A DNA stretch of 41,216 bases from a virus. Where the stretch lies: the IMG/VR virus record IMGVR_UViG_3300046747_000434, positions 1 through 41,216 of that record; one strand, written 5' to 3'. Each line of letters opens with the position of its first letter. Positions within the stretch are counted from its first letter, which is position 1. The position numbers were made by a program, and so were the translations under genes. The notes beneath the pieces are model-generated. The model saw only the letters and a program-made list of their open reading frames with translations, searched no databases and was not told the origin of the DNA. Below are positions 15,521 through 24,723 of this stretch, one piece after another.

Positions 15521-16510
15521 GTGAGCACGGATTTCAACGCAGCGACATGGAGCGCAGCAGATCTGCTCACCGATGTCTATCGCACGTGCCGCATGCCCGA
15601 CACTGGCACGGTCGACTACTCGCCTCAGGTTGTGCTGTCGATCGCGACTCAGGCGATCCACAACTGGGCGGGTAGCCTCATCGCTGGTGCGGGGCAAGGC
15701 CGCGGCGTCACCATCCTCCCCCGTGCAATCACGTCGGCTGCGGTGGACGTCAACGGTCAGGTGTACGAGCTGCCGCCGATGGCCTCGGCTGACGCGATCG
15801 ATGCGGTGACGTGGGTCGATTCGTCGACGAACACGGAGCGCCGATTGCAGACCGTGCCGCGCGCCATGGAGTCGGTGTTTTCGCAGCCTGCGTCGTCTGG
15901 CTGCCCTGAGGTCTACACGCTCGAGGATGGCACGCTGCGCGTGCTTCCGAAGCCGACGGCCGCAGGAACGCTGCGCATCCAGTACCAGCGCCGTCACGGC
16001 GTGCTGGTGAGTGGCAGCGACACGGCTAGCATCGTGAGCGCGGTGCCAACTGCCACGTATGTAGACATCACGCTTTCGGCGGTGCCGGCTGCGTTTGTCA
16101 ACGGCGCGTGGGTGGACATCTTCGGGCGCTACTACCCGCACCGGACGAAGATCCACGGCGGCCTTGTGTCGGCCGTAGGCGGGTCTGTCGTTCGCGTGAA
16201 CATTCCAGGCGCCGACTACACCGCTGCGCAGGTCACTGACGACACGATTTGCACGTATGGAAAGACCCCGTATGTGCAGCTGCCGCTTGAGTTGCGCAGC
16301 CCGCTGACGCAGCACATCAAGGCGCTGATCACGACCGATCTGGGCGACATGCAGTCGGCTTCAGCAGCGGACCAGCTTGCAGCGGCAGGCGCGGCGCGCG
16401 CGCAGGAGATGCTCTCTCCACGTGTGCACTCCACGCCGCAAAAGATCTACAATCCGCGTGGACTGATGCGCGGGGGGGTGCGACGCCGATGGCCTGGGGA
16501 TTCTCGTTGA
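15521..16510 (+). CDS. Hypothetical virion protein, 329 aa (possible head-tail adaptor or tail protein)
   Basis: AGGAG RBS plus a GTG start. The call rests on position between the coat gene and the large tail protein. Confidence 0.55.
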   Translation: MSTDFNAATWSAADLLTDVYRTCRMPDTGTVDYSPQVVLSIATQAIHNWAGSLIAGAGQGRGVTILPRAITSAAVDVNGQVYELPPMASADAIDAVTWVDSSTNTERRLQTVPRAMESVFSQPASSGCPEVYTLEDGTLRVLPKPTAAGTLRIQYQRRHGVLVSGSDTASIVSAVPTATYVDITLSAVPAAFVNGAWVDIFGRYYPHRTKIHGGLVSAVGGSVVRVNIPGADYTAAQVTDDTICTYGKTPYVQLPLELRSPLTQHIKALITTDLGDMQSASAADQLAAAGAARAQEMLSPRVHSTPQKIYNPRGLMRGGVRRRWPGDSR

Positions 16511-19200
16511 GCACCGAAGCAAAAGCGGGCCTGCTTGGCCTGTTGACGAACGTCAGCTGTTTGCAGGCGCCGCCTGGCGCGCTGCTTGAGGCTGAGAACG
16601 TCGTGTTTCGCCGTGCTGGCTGCGCGGAGACGCGCGACGGCGTGAAGCTGCTCGCCACGACGGGTCAGGCGGCCTGGGGGTTCTCGTGGGTCTCGAGTGA
16701 CGTTGTGGGCGTGTGGCGGGGCACTGACTTCGGTTGGAGCATCATCGGCGGCGCCAGCCTTCAATACTCCGATCCCGTTATCGGAGCAGTGGATCCGCAG
16801 CCGTTTCGTCGCGACATGTTCAACGTCGCTGAGCTGCGCGGAAACACGTATTTCCCGTATGACTCTGGCGTTCTGAAGCTGACGAGCGCTCCTGCGTTCG
16901 CCAAGGCAGGACTACCGCTTTACGCTGGTATTGGCCTGGGGCCATCTGTCGTTGGTACCTGGTTACCAGCTAGCAACTCTGTTGGCTACCGGGTTGTCGT
17001 CACGCGCACGGACGAGCATGGACTGATCACACGCTCGATCCCCAGCGGTGCGCAGCTCGTCACGGACCTGAGCGGAGCGCCGTCGAGCGTGCGCGTTTCG
17101 CTTGGATTCCACGTAATCGCTCTCGGTTTGTTCGACGCTGTGGAGGTGTACCGTACGCGCAACTTCGCAGCCGGGATCACGGTTGACGACGAGATGCAGC
17201 TCGTGGCCACGATCCCACAGTCAGCGTTCGCTCTCACTCCACCGCTCTACTCGTATTCGTTCGAGGACTTGATCAGCCCAACCGCGCGCGGCGCCACGCT
17301 CTACACGAGCCCTTCGCGCGGCGGTATCGAACAGCGTAACAACCCGCCGCCTGCTGCCGCATGCATTGCCCAGTACAAGCAGGCGCTGTTTTTCGGCAAC
17401 GTTCGAGGCCCTCAACAGAAAACATTCAGCTTCACACAAGCGGTTTGGACAGGCAGCGCAACGGGCGTCGGCGCGCGGTCGTACACCGGAGATGTGACAG
17501 CCACACTGTCGACGATCATCAACCTGTCATCGACGGTAGGCCTTGAGCGCGGCCAGTTGGTACGCAATGCCAACTTCCCAGACGACACGTACATCACCAA
17601 CATCGTCGGCACGACAGCCACCGTAAGCCACCCATCCACCGGCACGGTGGTCGGGACGAGCGTGTCATTTCGTGACGCCGTGAAGATTGACGGGATCTGG
17701 ATCGAAGCAGCGAACGCTATCGATGCAGTGCTGGACTCCTATGGCACGGGTAAGTTCATCGCATATCAGCTCACTCCAGCGCTTGGCGGCAATAGCTTTA
17801 CATGGGTCGTAGAGACGGTTTCAAGGCTGGCCGGATCTGACACCATCCAGGCGACGCATGGGGCTGAATACACCCCGCCTCTGCCGAACTACCTCGGCAC
17901 CCCGATGGAGCTAGACCAGGACGTGTTTCCCGGTGGTCTCATGTGGGCCAAGACGGACGAGCCTGAGCACGTGGCGCCGGTAAACTTCGCGTTCGTGGGC
18001 GACTCATCGCGCGCAACTCTGGGGCTGGTACCGACGCGAGACGCTCTCTACATCCTGAAAGAAGACGGGGTTTGGCGGCTCACTGGTGTAGACGGGACAT
18101 GGGCTATCGACCCCTACGACCCAACTCTACTGTGCGTGCTCCCGAGCAGCGTCAAGCCGCTCAACGGGCGCGCCTACTTCCTGTCGAGCAATGGCGTCGT
18201 CGCGTTCAGCGACGCGGGGCCTGACAACGTGTCGCGCGGCATCTTCCCCGAGGTGCGTCCACTGATCGACCAGGCGCGCGCGAACCAGCGCAGCACTGGC
18301 TTCTACGAGCTGGACAACGTGATCGGCTCGACGTCGGCCGTGTACGACCGCGAGGACGAGTACACGCTGCTACGCTCCGACGTGTTGCCACCTCTCGTGT
18401 TCAACGAGAACACGCGCGCGTGGAGCACGTGGAAGTACGCCGCGGCCGGCTCCGAGTTCCTCTCTCACGCGGGGCTGTTCTATTTGGAGCGCGAAGGCCG
18501 GGTGGCCTACGGGCTCGGATACGATCTGTACGTCACGCGGCTGAGCACGGATTCGCAGCTCGGCGTCATCGCTGCCGAGGCGCGCAACGATCGCGAGACG
18601 GCGATCACGGTCAGCTCGTACACACCGGCCAGCGGGTACGTCACGCTTTCGGCGCCCGTCACTGCGCTCGAGGACGACGTCATCCAAGATGCCGCTGGGG
18701 TGCTGTGGCGCGTCGTCAACGACGTGAATGGCTCTGTGACGGTCTACGTCAACGCGCTCACGGTGAGCGTGGGTGGAAGCTCGCTCGACTTCACCACGGG
18801 CGCCTGCGTGATGTACCGCAGCATCCGTGCGAAGGTCACGCCGCAGCCGTTCGCGCAGGACCCGTCGCTTCCCAAGAAGTGGCGGAGGATCTCCACCGCG
18901 TTCGAGCTGCTCGATGGGCCGATCGCGCTGCGATACGCGTTCGACAGCAGCGAGACGCCGCGCACTTCACTCACGCCAGATTGGGACCAAGAAGACGCCG
19001 TTCTGGTGCTCGACGCCGGTCGCGCGCAGTACACGTCTGGGTACGCCTACGCCGGGTACGTTCCCAATGCTCACGTTCACGCGTGGATGCTGCGAGCGAG
19101 TGCACGGTGGGTGCAGAGTCATGGGACGGCGCGTCTCGGCGCGCTCTACGCAATGAGCGAGCCTCGCGAAGAGGGCGGGCGTCATGGGAGGTCTCTGTGA
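16489..19200 (+). CDS. Large virion protein, 903 aa (tail tube/nozzle-like by size and position)
   Basis: Long clean ORF. Podovirus gene order places a roughly 800-900 aa tail tubular protein here. No motif recognised. Confidence 0.6.
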   Translation: MAWGFSLSTEAKAGLLGLLTNVSCLQAPPGALLEAENVVFRRAGCAETRDGVKLLATTGQAAWGFSWVSSDVVGVWRGTDFGWSIIGGASLQYSDPVIGAVDPQPFRRDMFNVAELRGNTYFPYDSGVLKLTSAPAFAKAGLPLYAGIGLGPSVVGTWLPASNSVGYRVVVTRTDEHGLITRSIPSGAQLVTDLSGAPSSVRVSLGFHVIALGLFDAVEVYRTRNFAAGITVDDEMQLVATIPQSAFALTPPLYSYSFEDLISPTARGATLYTSPSRGGIEQRNNPPPAAACIAQYKQALFFGNVRGPQQKTFSFTQAVWTGSATGVGARSYTGDVTATLSTIINLSSTVGLERGQLVRNANFPDDTYITNIVGTTATVSHPSTGTVVGTSVSFRDAVKIDGIWIEAANAIDAVLDSYGTGKFIAYQLTPALGGNSFTWVVETVSRLAGSDTIQATHGAEYTPPLPNYLGTPMELDQDVFPGGLMWAKTDEPEHVAPVNFAFVGDSSRATLGLVPTRDALYILKEDGVWRLTGVDGTWAIDPYDPTLLCVLPSSVKPLNGRAYFLSSNGVVAFSDAGPDNVSRGIFPEVRPLIDQARANQRSTGFYELDNVIGSTSAVYDREDEYTLLRSDVLPPLVFNENTRAWSTWKYAAAGSEFLSHAGLFYLEREGRVAYGLGYDLYVTRLSTDSQLGVIAAEARNDRETAITVSSYTPASGYVTLSAPVTALEDDVIQDAAGVLWRVVNDVNGSVTVYVNALTVSVGGSSLDFTTGACVMYRSIRAKVTPQPFAQDPSLPKKWRRISTAFELLDGPIALRYAFDSSETPRTSLTPDWDQEDAVLVLDAGRAQYTSGYAYAGYVPNAHVHAWMLRASARWVQSHGTARLGALYAMSEPREEGGRHGRSL

Positions 19201-19571
19201 ATCTAGGACCTCGCCACACGACGATCGACAGCAAGCCGGACGCGGCGGCGCTGCAGAACGGCGAGAACGCGCGCGACACACGCCTGGCGCTGGCCGGCCG
19301 CGTGGCCGGTTACTTCGCATCGGTCGAGCGCTACACCGCCACAGGCTCAGCGGCAACGAAGATGCGCATCGGAGCAGGCGACCGCCCCCGTGCAATCATC
19401 CCTGTGCGCGTTGCGCCGGTCTACGACGAGGCCGGCAGTCTCGCGGTGAGCGGGAACGGCAACTTCGTGTGGGACTCGACCACGCAGTCGATCGACGTCT
19501 ACGAGCCCAGCGGGCTCACTGCAAATGTCGTGTACACCCTGGATTTTCTGGTGCTGGAGGCAAAGCCATGA
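19197..19571 (+). CDS. Hypothetical virion protein, 124 aa
   Basis: The GTG start overlaps the upstream stop (GTGA). The upstream part of ORF 18420..19571 is an out-of-frame artefact. Confidence 0.5.
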   Translation: MNLGPRHTTIDSKPDAAALQNGENARDTRLALAGRVAGYFASVERYTATGSAATKMRIGAGDRPRAIIPVRVAPVYDEAGSLAVSGNGNFVWDSTTQSIDVYEPSGLTANVVYTLDFLVLEAKP

Positions 19572-20299
19572 TCGGCGATTCAATCGGCAAGGCCGTCGGT
19601 GCAAAGAAGCAGCTCGACGAGTCGAAGAAGGAGAACGCGCGTACGCGGCGAGATCGCGAGCGAGCGCTCGGTATGGCCGCGAACCAGGACTGGGAACCGA
19701 CGATGCTGAACGCGGCGATCGACCCGTTCCAGCGCAGCCAAAGCCCCATGGCGGATGCGTTCACGTCCAGCCTGATCACCGGCCGCAACCCGGCTGCGGT
19801 ACAAGGCGTGCGCAACGGCGCGCCGCAAGCTCGCGCAGCGGCTCAGCAGAGCTTCGACAAGAGCTACGGGCCTGTCGATGCGTTGCTCGCCAAGCAGAGC
19901 GCAATGCAGGCCGCTACCCCCTGGCAGGTGCGGACGCCGCAGAAGCCGGTGATCGCCGACAACGAGCGCCTGAATATGACGCTCGGTCCAACGGGCATGG
20001 CCGCTCTGTCGAAGTATGGGATCGCGCCTGAGGAATACTCCACGCTGCAATCGCTCGGGTTCACGATGGATCCGAACAAGGGCACGATCGGTGCTGGCGA
20101 CAACCAGGGCAAGGCCGAGCTGAGCTACCTGAACGACCTGCTCAAGAAGGGCGACTCGAGCGCCTTCTCTCGCTACGCGCAAGAGCGCTCATCGGGCAAT
20201 GATGACCCGTACCTGGCGCGCAGTTGGGACGATCCTGCGTTCGTCCAGCGCACCGGCAGAGCGGCGCCTGTCGCCACACCAAAGAAATGGCTGAAGTGA
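19568..20299 (+). CDS. Hypothetical internal virion/ejection-like protein, 243 aa
   Basis: ATGA coupling (MIGDSIGKAVGAKKQLDESKK...). Confidence 0.55.
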   Translation: MIGDSIGKAVGAKKQLDESKKENARTRRDRERALGMAANQDWEPTMLNAAIDPFQRSQSPMADAFTSSLITGRNPAAVQGVRNGAPQARAAAQQSFDKSYGPVDALLAKQSAMQAATPWQVRTPQKPVIADNERLNMTLGPTGMAALSKYGIAPEEYSTLQSLGFTMDPNKGTIGAGDNQGKAELSYLNDLLKKGDSSAFSRYAQERSSGNDDPYLARSWDDPAFVQRTGRAAPVATPKKWLK

Positions 20300-20300
20300 C

Positions 20301-21602
20301 ATGCCGCTAGACAAATACGGCCTATCTGACGAAGACCTGCGAGCCATCGGCGCTCAGTCGCAAGACGAGTACGGCGACAGCGGCGCAGGCGCGCGCGCGC
20401 GCAATCAGGGGGCCGGATACGTCGACCTTGGCGAGCTGGCGAAGACGGATCCGAACGTCGCTATGCAGTACGTCGGCGCTGGCGCTCAGGGCAACATGGT
20501 GATGCCCGACTTCTCAGGCTTCACCGACGCAGACTGGCAGAACATCGGACAGACGACGGGCATCGACCCGAAGCCGGCGCCGACGAATGAGGGCCGCTTT
20601 GGCAACGACATGGGCTGGCTGGACGAGCTGTTCCAGACCGATCCCGGCGCGGCGCTTGCCGAGGCGCAGGCGCAGGGCACCAGTGCAGATCCGAACATCG
20701 TCAAGCAACAGCAGTCCATGGTGGACGAGATCAACGGGCGCGGCACCAGCGCGGATCCAGAAGCCGAAGCGGCGCAAAAGAAGGCCATCGGAGAGCTGTT
20801 CGGGCTGTACGACCAGGGCGGCCGTGGAGCGCAGGATCAGAATGCACGGGCGCAGGCGCGCGCTACGAGTGAGAACTGGCTGAAGGGCCAGCGTGATGCA
20901 GACCGCCAGTCACTGGCTCAGCGCGGCATGCTCGGCAGCGGTGCCGATCTGCTCATGCAGTCGAGCGACAGCCAGGGCGCCGCGCAGCGTCTCAGCGCGG
21001 CCGACTTGCAGGCGAGCGCCGACGCTGAGAAGCGCGCGCTCGATGCGCTCATGGGTGGCGGCCAGCTCGCCGGCCAGGTGCGCGGGCAGTCCGATGCGTA
21101 CAAACAGGGCAATACGGCACTCGCTGGTGGCATGCTCGGCGACATGAACACGTCGGCCAACAACTACGTGCAATCGAACGCGGACCGCATCGCCAAGACG
21201 CGCGCCGCGAATACCGACTTCCTGAAGAGCAGTTACACCGACATGATCAATCGGCGTAACGACTGGGACAAGAACGTGTTCAACCAGCAGATCGGCGCAG
21301 CGCAGAACCAGCAGCAGCTTGACGCGAACCAGAACGCGCAGGGCTGGCAATCCGGCTTCAACACAGCTGGCACCGATACCGGCGCAGCGAACAACGCACA
21401 AAGCAATTTCAATACGTCCACGACTGGCGCTTTCACGGGCGCAAGCCCAGCGGTGAACAACTCTGGCCAGACCGTGGTGGGCCTGACTGGTGCGCCTCAG
21501 GCTGCCGCGGGTGAGGCGTTCTCTGGAGCTGCGAAGGCGATCGCCAGCATCTACGGTGGGGCGCTCTCGGGCGGCGGCAGCGGCAAGACGGAGAAGAAGT
21601 GA
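20301..21602 (+). CDS. Hypothetical Gln/Asn/Gly/Ala-rich internal virion-like protein, 433 aa
   Basis: Track ORF. Low-complexity Q/N/A composition typical of ejection proteins. Confidence 0.6.
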   Translation: MPLDKYGLSDEDLRAIGAQSQDEYGDSGAGARARNQGAGYVDLGELAKTDPNVAMQYVGAGAQGNMVMPDFSGFTDADWQNIGQTTGIDPKPAPTNEGRFGNDMGWLDELFQTDPGAALAEAQAQGTSADPNIVKQQQSMVDEINGRGTSADPEAEAAQKKAIGELFGLYDQGGRGAQDQNARAQARATSENWLKGQRDADRQSLAQRGMLGSGADLLMQSSDSQGAAQRLSAADLQASADAEKRALDALMGGGQLAGQVRGQSDAYKQGNTALAGGMLGDMNTSANNYVQSNADRIAKTRAANTDFLKSSYTDMINRRNDWDKNVFNQQIGAAQNQQQLDANQNAQGWQSGFNTAGTDTGAANNAQSNFNTSTTGAFTGASPAVNNSGQTVVGLTGAPQAAAGEAFSGAAKAIASIYGGALSGGGSGKTEKK

Positions 21603-22915
21603 TGCGCACCGACCAAGACATGCTCGATCCGCAAGCACCGGCCGACGACGACTGGTTGCGCGTGTTGCTCGCCGAGCAGACGGCACAGCCTGAGCCCGTG
21701 GCACCAGCTCCTGTCGCGCCCCCTGTGCAAAGCGGTCCGGGCGCCGAAGAGCAGCGTTACGTGCAGGACAACCCGAGCCCCGAAGGCGGATGGCGCAACG
21801 TGCTACGCGGTGCGATGGCCGGACTCGCGGACGCGACCGGCTCGAGCGGCGCGCTTGCGAGCTTCCAGCAACAGCAGGCCGAGCGAATGAAGCAGTACCA
21901 GCATGGGCTCGAGGGCGCGCGCGGCGTGGATCGCGGCAAGCAACCGCTGGACACGGCAACGCTCGCGCTACTGCGTCAGGCTGGCCTCACGCCTGAGGAG
22001 CTGCAAGGCACTACGCGTGACAGTGAGGTGCTGAAGCTCGCGCCCAGCATGGGCACGGTGGACCTGCGCCGGTCGAACGCGGAGAACGCTGCGACCATGC
22101 GTCAGGCAGCGATCGACGCTGCAAACGAGCGCAACGCGTTCAATCAGTCGCAGCAGAACGCGCGCCAGGACAAAGCGATCGCGGCAAAGAAGAAGCCAGC
22201 GGGGCTCGGTGCGCCGATGACGCCCGAGCAGAAGGCGCAGAAGCAGAGCGGCTTGGCGGCGTATCTCGCGGCGCAGGCCAACGTGCCAGCGGCCGAGGCT
22301 GAGGCCTTCGTCGCGGGCAGTGCGGATGGCATCCCGCCAGAACACGCCGAGCGCTTGCAGCGCTTCGCAGCGATGTTCAGTCAGCTGCCAGCGAAAAAGC
22401 AGGCCGAGGCCATGCTCGACGCATCGAAACGCGAGGGGGCAATGCCTGATCGTCTCGCCAACCAGGTTGCCGGCAAGCAGCGCGACCCGAACAAGCGCAT
22501 GGAGATCCGCAACGAGATCACCCAGTCCGGCCGCGTCATTGCCGAGGCATCGCAAGCCTGGAACAGCATGAGCCCGTCGGGCAAGGCCGCCATGGCCAAG
22601 CTCAGTGGCGAGGGGTGGATGTCCAACACCGCGCGCGACCTGATGACGACCGAGGCCGACAAGGTTGCGGCTTCGAAGATTCAGGCGCTGGCGAACAACC
22701 TGATCAAGGCCACTTCTGGCGCTGCTGTGAGCGATTCCGAGTGGAACCGGCTGGCTCGACAGATGGGATTCGCGTCTCAGTCGCTCGATGCGCTGAAGAG
22801 TCCAGCGGCGATCGATTCGTGGATCCGCAGCTCGCGTCAGGGATGGGTGGATAACAAGCGGTCAGCGGTCGCTGAGTTTGGCGACCTGTGGAAGGACCAA
22901 AATGCCGGGCAGTGA
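21602..22915 (+). CDS. Hypothetical coiled-coil internal virion-like protein, about 437 aa
   Basis: TGATG overlap (an alternative GTG lies at 21599). Confidence 0.6.
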   Translation: MRTDQDMLDPQAPADDDWLRVLLAEQTAQPEPVAPAPVAPPVQSGPGAEEQRYVQDNPSPEGGWRNVLRGAMAGLADATGSSGALASFQQQQAERMKQYQHGLEGARGVDRGKQPLDTATLALLRQAGLTPEELQGTTRDSEVLKLAPSMGTVDLRRSNAENAATMRQAAIDAANERNAFNQSQQNARQDKAIAAKKKPAGLGAPMTPEQKAQKQSGLAAYLAAQANVPAAEAEAFVAGSADGIPPEHAERLQRFAAMFSQLPAKKQAEAMLDASKREGAMPDRLANQVAGKQRDPNKRMEIRNEITQSGRVIAEASQAWNSMSPSGKAAMAKLSGEGWMSNTARDLMTTEADKVAASKIQALANNLIKATSGAAVSDSEWNRLARQMGFASQSLDALKSPAAIDSWIRSSRQGWVDNKRSAVAEFGDLWKDQNAGQ

Positions 22916-24335
22916 TGACGACTTCGATCAGGAGGCTGCCGCGATCGGCCTGGGCGCGCCATTGCCTAGCGATACGGACGCCTTCGATCAGGAGGCCGCT
23001 TCCGTTGGGCTGCATTCTGCGCCAGCTCCACTCGAGCAGCAGCACGAAGGGGGCTTTGGTCACGACCCTGAGGGCGAAGGCGCGGGCATGCTGCGTGACG
23101 CCGCGCTTGGCTTCGGCGAGGGCGCATCGCTGGGGCACGGTAAGGAGCTGGGCCAGCTCGGCGAGAAGGCCGGCAGCTGGTTCTACTCGCTGCTTCACCC
23201 TGACCAGCGTCCTACGACGCGTGTCAACGGCCGCGACTTGGAACCCGACCTGTACCGCAAGCTAGGTGCACTAGAGCCGGGCAATGTCGACTTGCGCAAC
23301 CGTCCGCACGTCAAAAACGGCGACAGCATCAGCACGATTCGCAGCATGGGGTTTCAGGAAACCGAGGGCGGCCCGGAAATCCTGATCCCCACCGTGAGCG
23401 ACGACGGGCGTTTGCTGAGCGGTGACGAGGCGATCGACCAGTACTACAAAACCGGTCGACACCTGGGCAAGTACGCAACGCCAGAGGCCGGGACTGCCGC
23501 GGGTGAGGCGCTGCATCAAGATCAGGTCAGTCGGCCGCCGCGCAACACGCTGGACCGCAATTCCAGCCCATCTACAAACCTCGGCATCTCCGACGAGCTG
23601 CACGATCGGGCGCTCGCCACCGACGCTGGCAAGGTTGGCCGCGTGCTGGGCGGCCTCAACACGTCCATCGCAGCGGGTGGCCTTGCGCCGGCGGGAGTCG
23701 CGTCGCAGGCGGCCGTGGGCGCGGGCATTGGCGGCCTACAGGCCCACGGGCAGGAGGGGAGCGACTGGAAGTCGATCCTTCTCGGCGCGGCCGGTGGCGG
23801 GGCGCTGGGCGCTGGTGGGGCGCTCGTCGGCAAGGGACTGAGCTCCATGGGCGCGCGCTCGCCGCAGAACGGGTGGCAGGGCGCCACCGTGGCGGACGAC
23901 CTGCTCGCGAAGATGCCGGTCGGCGTGGATCAACTGCGGCGCCCGTGGGAGCTCCCCGGCTTGCTCGCTGGGCAGGGCGCAGTGCGCGCAGGCAAGGCGC
24001 TGGCCCCAGCGGCCCCAGCGGTCGCACGTGCGGGAACCGCTCTCGCGCCGGCTGGCGGCGCGGTCGGCGGGTACATCGGGACCGCTCTCGCACCGAGTAA
24101 GGCCAAGGCGCAAGAGAAGGCATACGCGACGCCCGCAACAGCCTCATGGGCCGTGCAATCTGTCCTCACCAGTGGTGACACCGGTCTACGCCCGCAAGAC
24201 GAGCAGCGTCTCACCGAGGCCGTCATGAGTGGCGACGAGGACCGCGTGATCGCAGCCAACTTCGCGCTGCAACAGTCGAACCCGATGTACGGGCGTAAGA
24301 TTCAACAAGAGCTTGAAGCTCTACAGGAGCAGTGA
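22902..24335 (+). CDS. Hypothetical internal virion-like protein, 477 aa, with a compact conserved-looking central domain and a Gly/Ala-rich C-terminal half
   Basis: Start at MPGSDDDFDQEAAAIG. A repeated DxFDQEAA motif. The central GNVDLRNRPHV...ILIPTVSDDGRLLSGDEAIDQYYKTGRHLGKY segment. Confidence 0.6.
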   Translation: MPGSDDDFDQEAAAIGLGAPLPSDTDAFDQEAASVGLHSAPAPLEQQHEGGFGHDPEGEGAGMLRDAALGFGEGASLGHGKELGQLGEKAGSWFYSLLHPDQRPTTRVNGRDLEPDLYRKLGALEPGNVDLRNRPHVKNGDSISTIRSMGFQETEGGPEILIPTVSDDGRLLSGDEAIDQYYKTGRHLGKYATPEAGTAAGEALHQDQVSRPPRNTLDRNSSPSTNLGISDELHDRALATDAGKVGRVLGGLNTSIAAGGLAPAGVASQAAVGAGIGGLQAHGQEGSDWKSILLGAAGGGALGAGGALVGKGLSSMGARSPQNGWQGATVADDLLAKMPVGVDQLRRPWELPGLLAGQGAVRAGKALAPAAPAVARAGTALAPAGGAVGGYIGTALAPSKAKAQEKAYATPATASWAVQSVLTSGDTGLRPQDEQRLTEAVMSGDEDRVIAANFALQQSNPMYGRKIQQELEALQEQ

Positions 24336-24336
24336 C

Positions 24337-24723
24337 ATGCGAGGAGCAGACCGCGGCGAGTTGCCGAGATTCCCGCTAGCGACAGCTGACAACACCATGG
24401 TGACGCCTGGCAATCAGCGCATTGCATGCACGGGTGCGACGCAGTCCTACGCGTTCCCTGCCAGCTCGCCGATGCGTGGCAAGTTCCTCTACGTGCGCGC
24501 GATCGGCGTAGAGATTCAATGCGCCGTGGCCAAGTCGGCGCAAGCGCTCACGCTCGATCAGGTGAGCAATGCGGCGGCGGGCACGTCAAGCGCTGGTGCG
24601 GGCATGACGCTCTATGCCGGCGAGTTTTTCGACAAGGTGCTGATCGACAGCGCAATCACGCACTTCGTGTGGATCAGCCGCACGGCTGCTGGCTTCGTTG
24701 AGTTCTACGTTTCGGAGGGTTGA
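24337..24723 (+). CDS. Hypothetical protein, 128 aa
   Basis: ATG lies 1 nt after the upstream stop, inside ORF 24313..24723. Confidence 0.5.
   Translation: MRGADRGELPRFPLATADNTMVTPGNQRIACTGATQSYAFPASSPMRGKFLYVRAIGVEIQCAVAKSAQALTLDQVSNAAAGTSSAGAGMTLYAGEFFDKVLIDSAITHFVWISRTAAGFVEFYVSEG

Noticed and set aside
18420-19196. The 5' two-thirds of ORF 18420..19571 (383 aa) as a real gene overlapping the 903-aa protein.
   Set aside because: It is Arg/Gly/Ala-rich shadow sequence. A GTG start at 19197 that overlaps the upstream stop (GTGA) gives a protein-like 124-aa product consistent with the coupling pattern of this genome.
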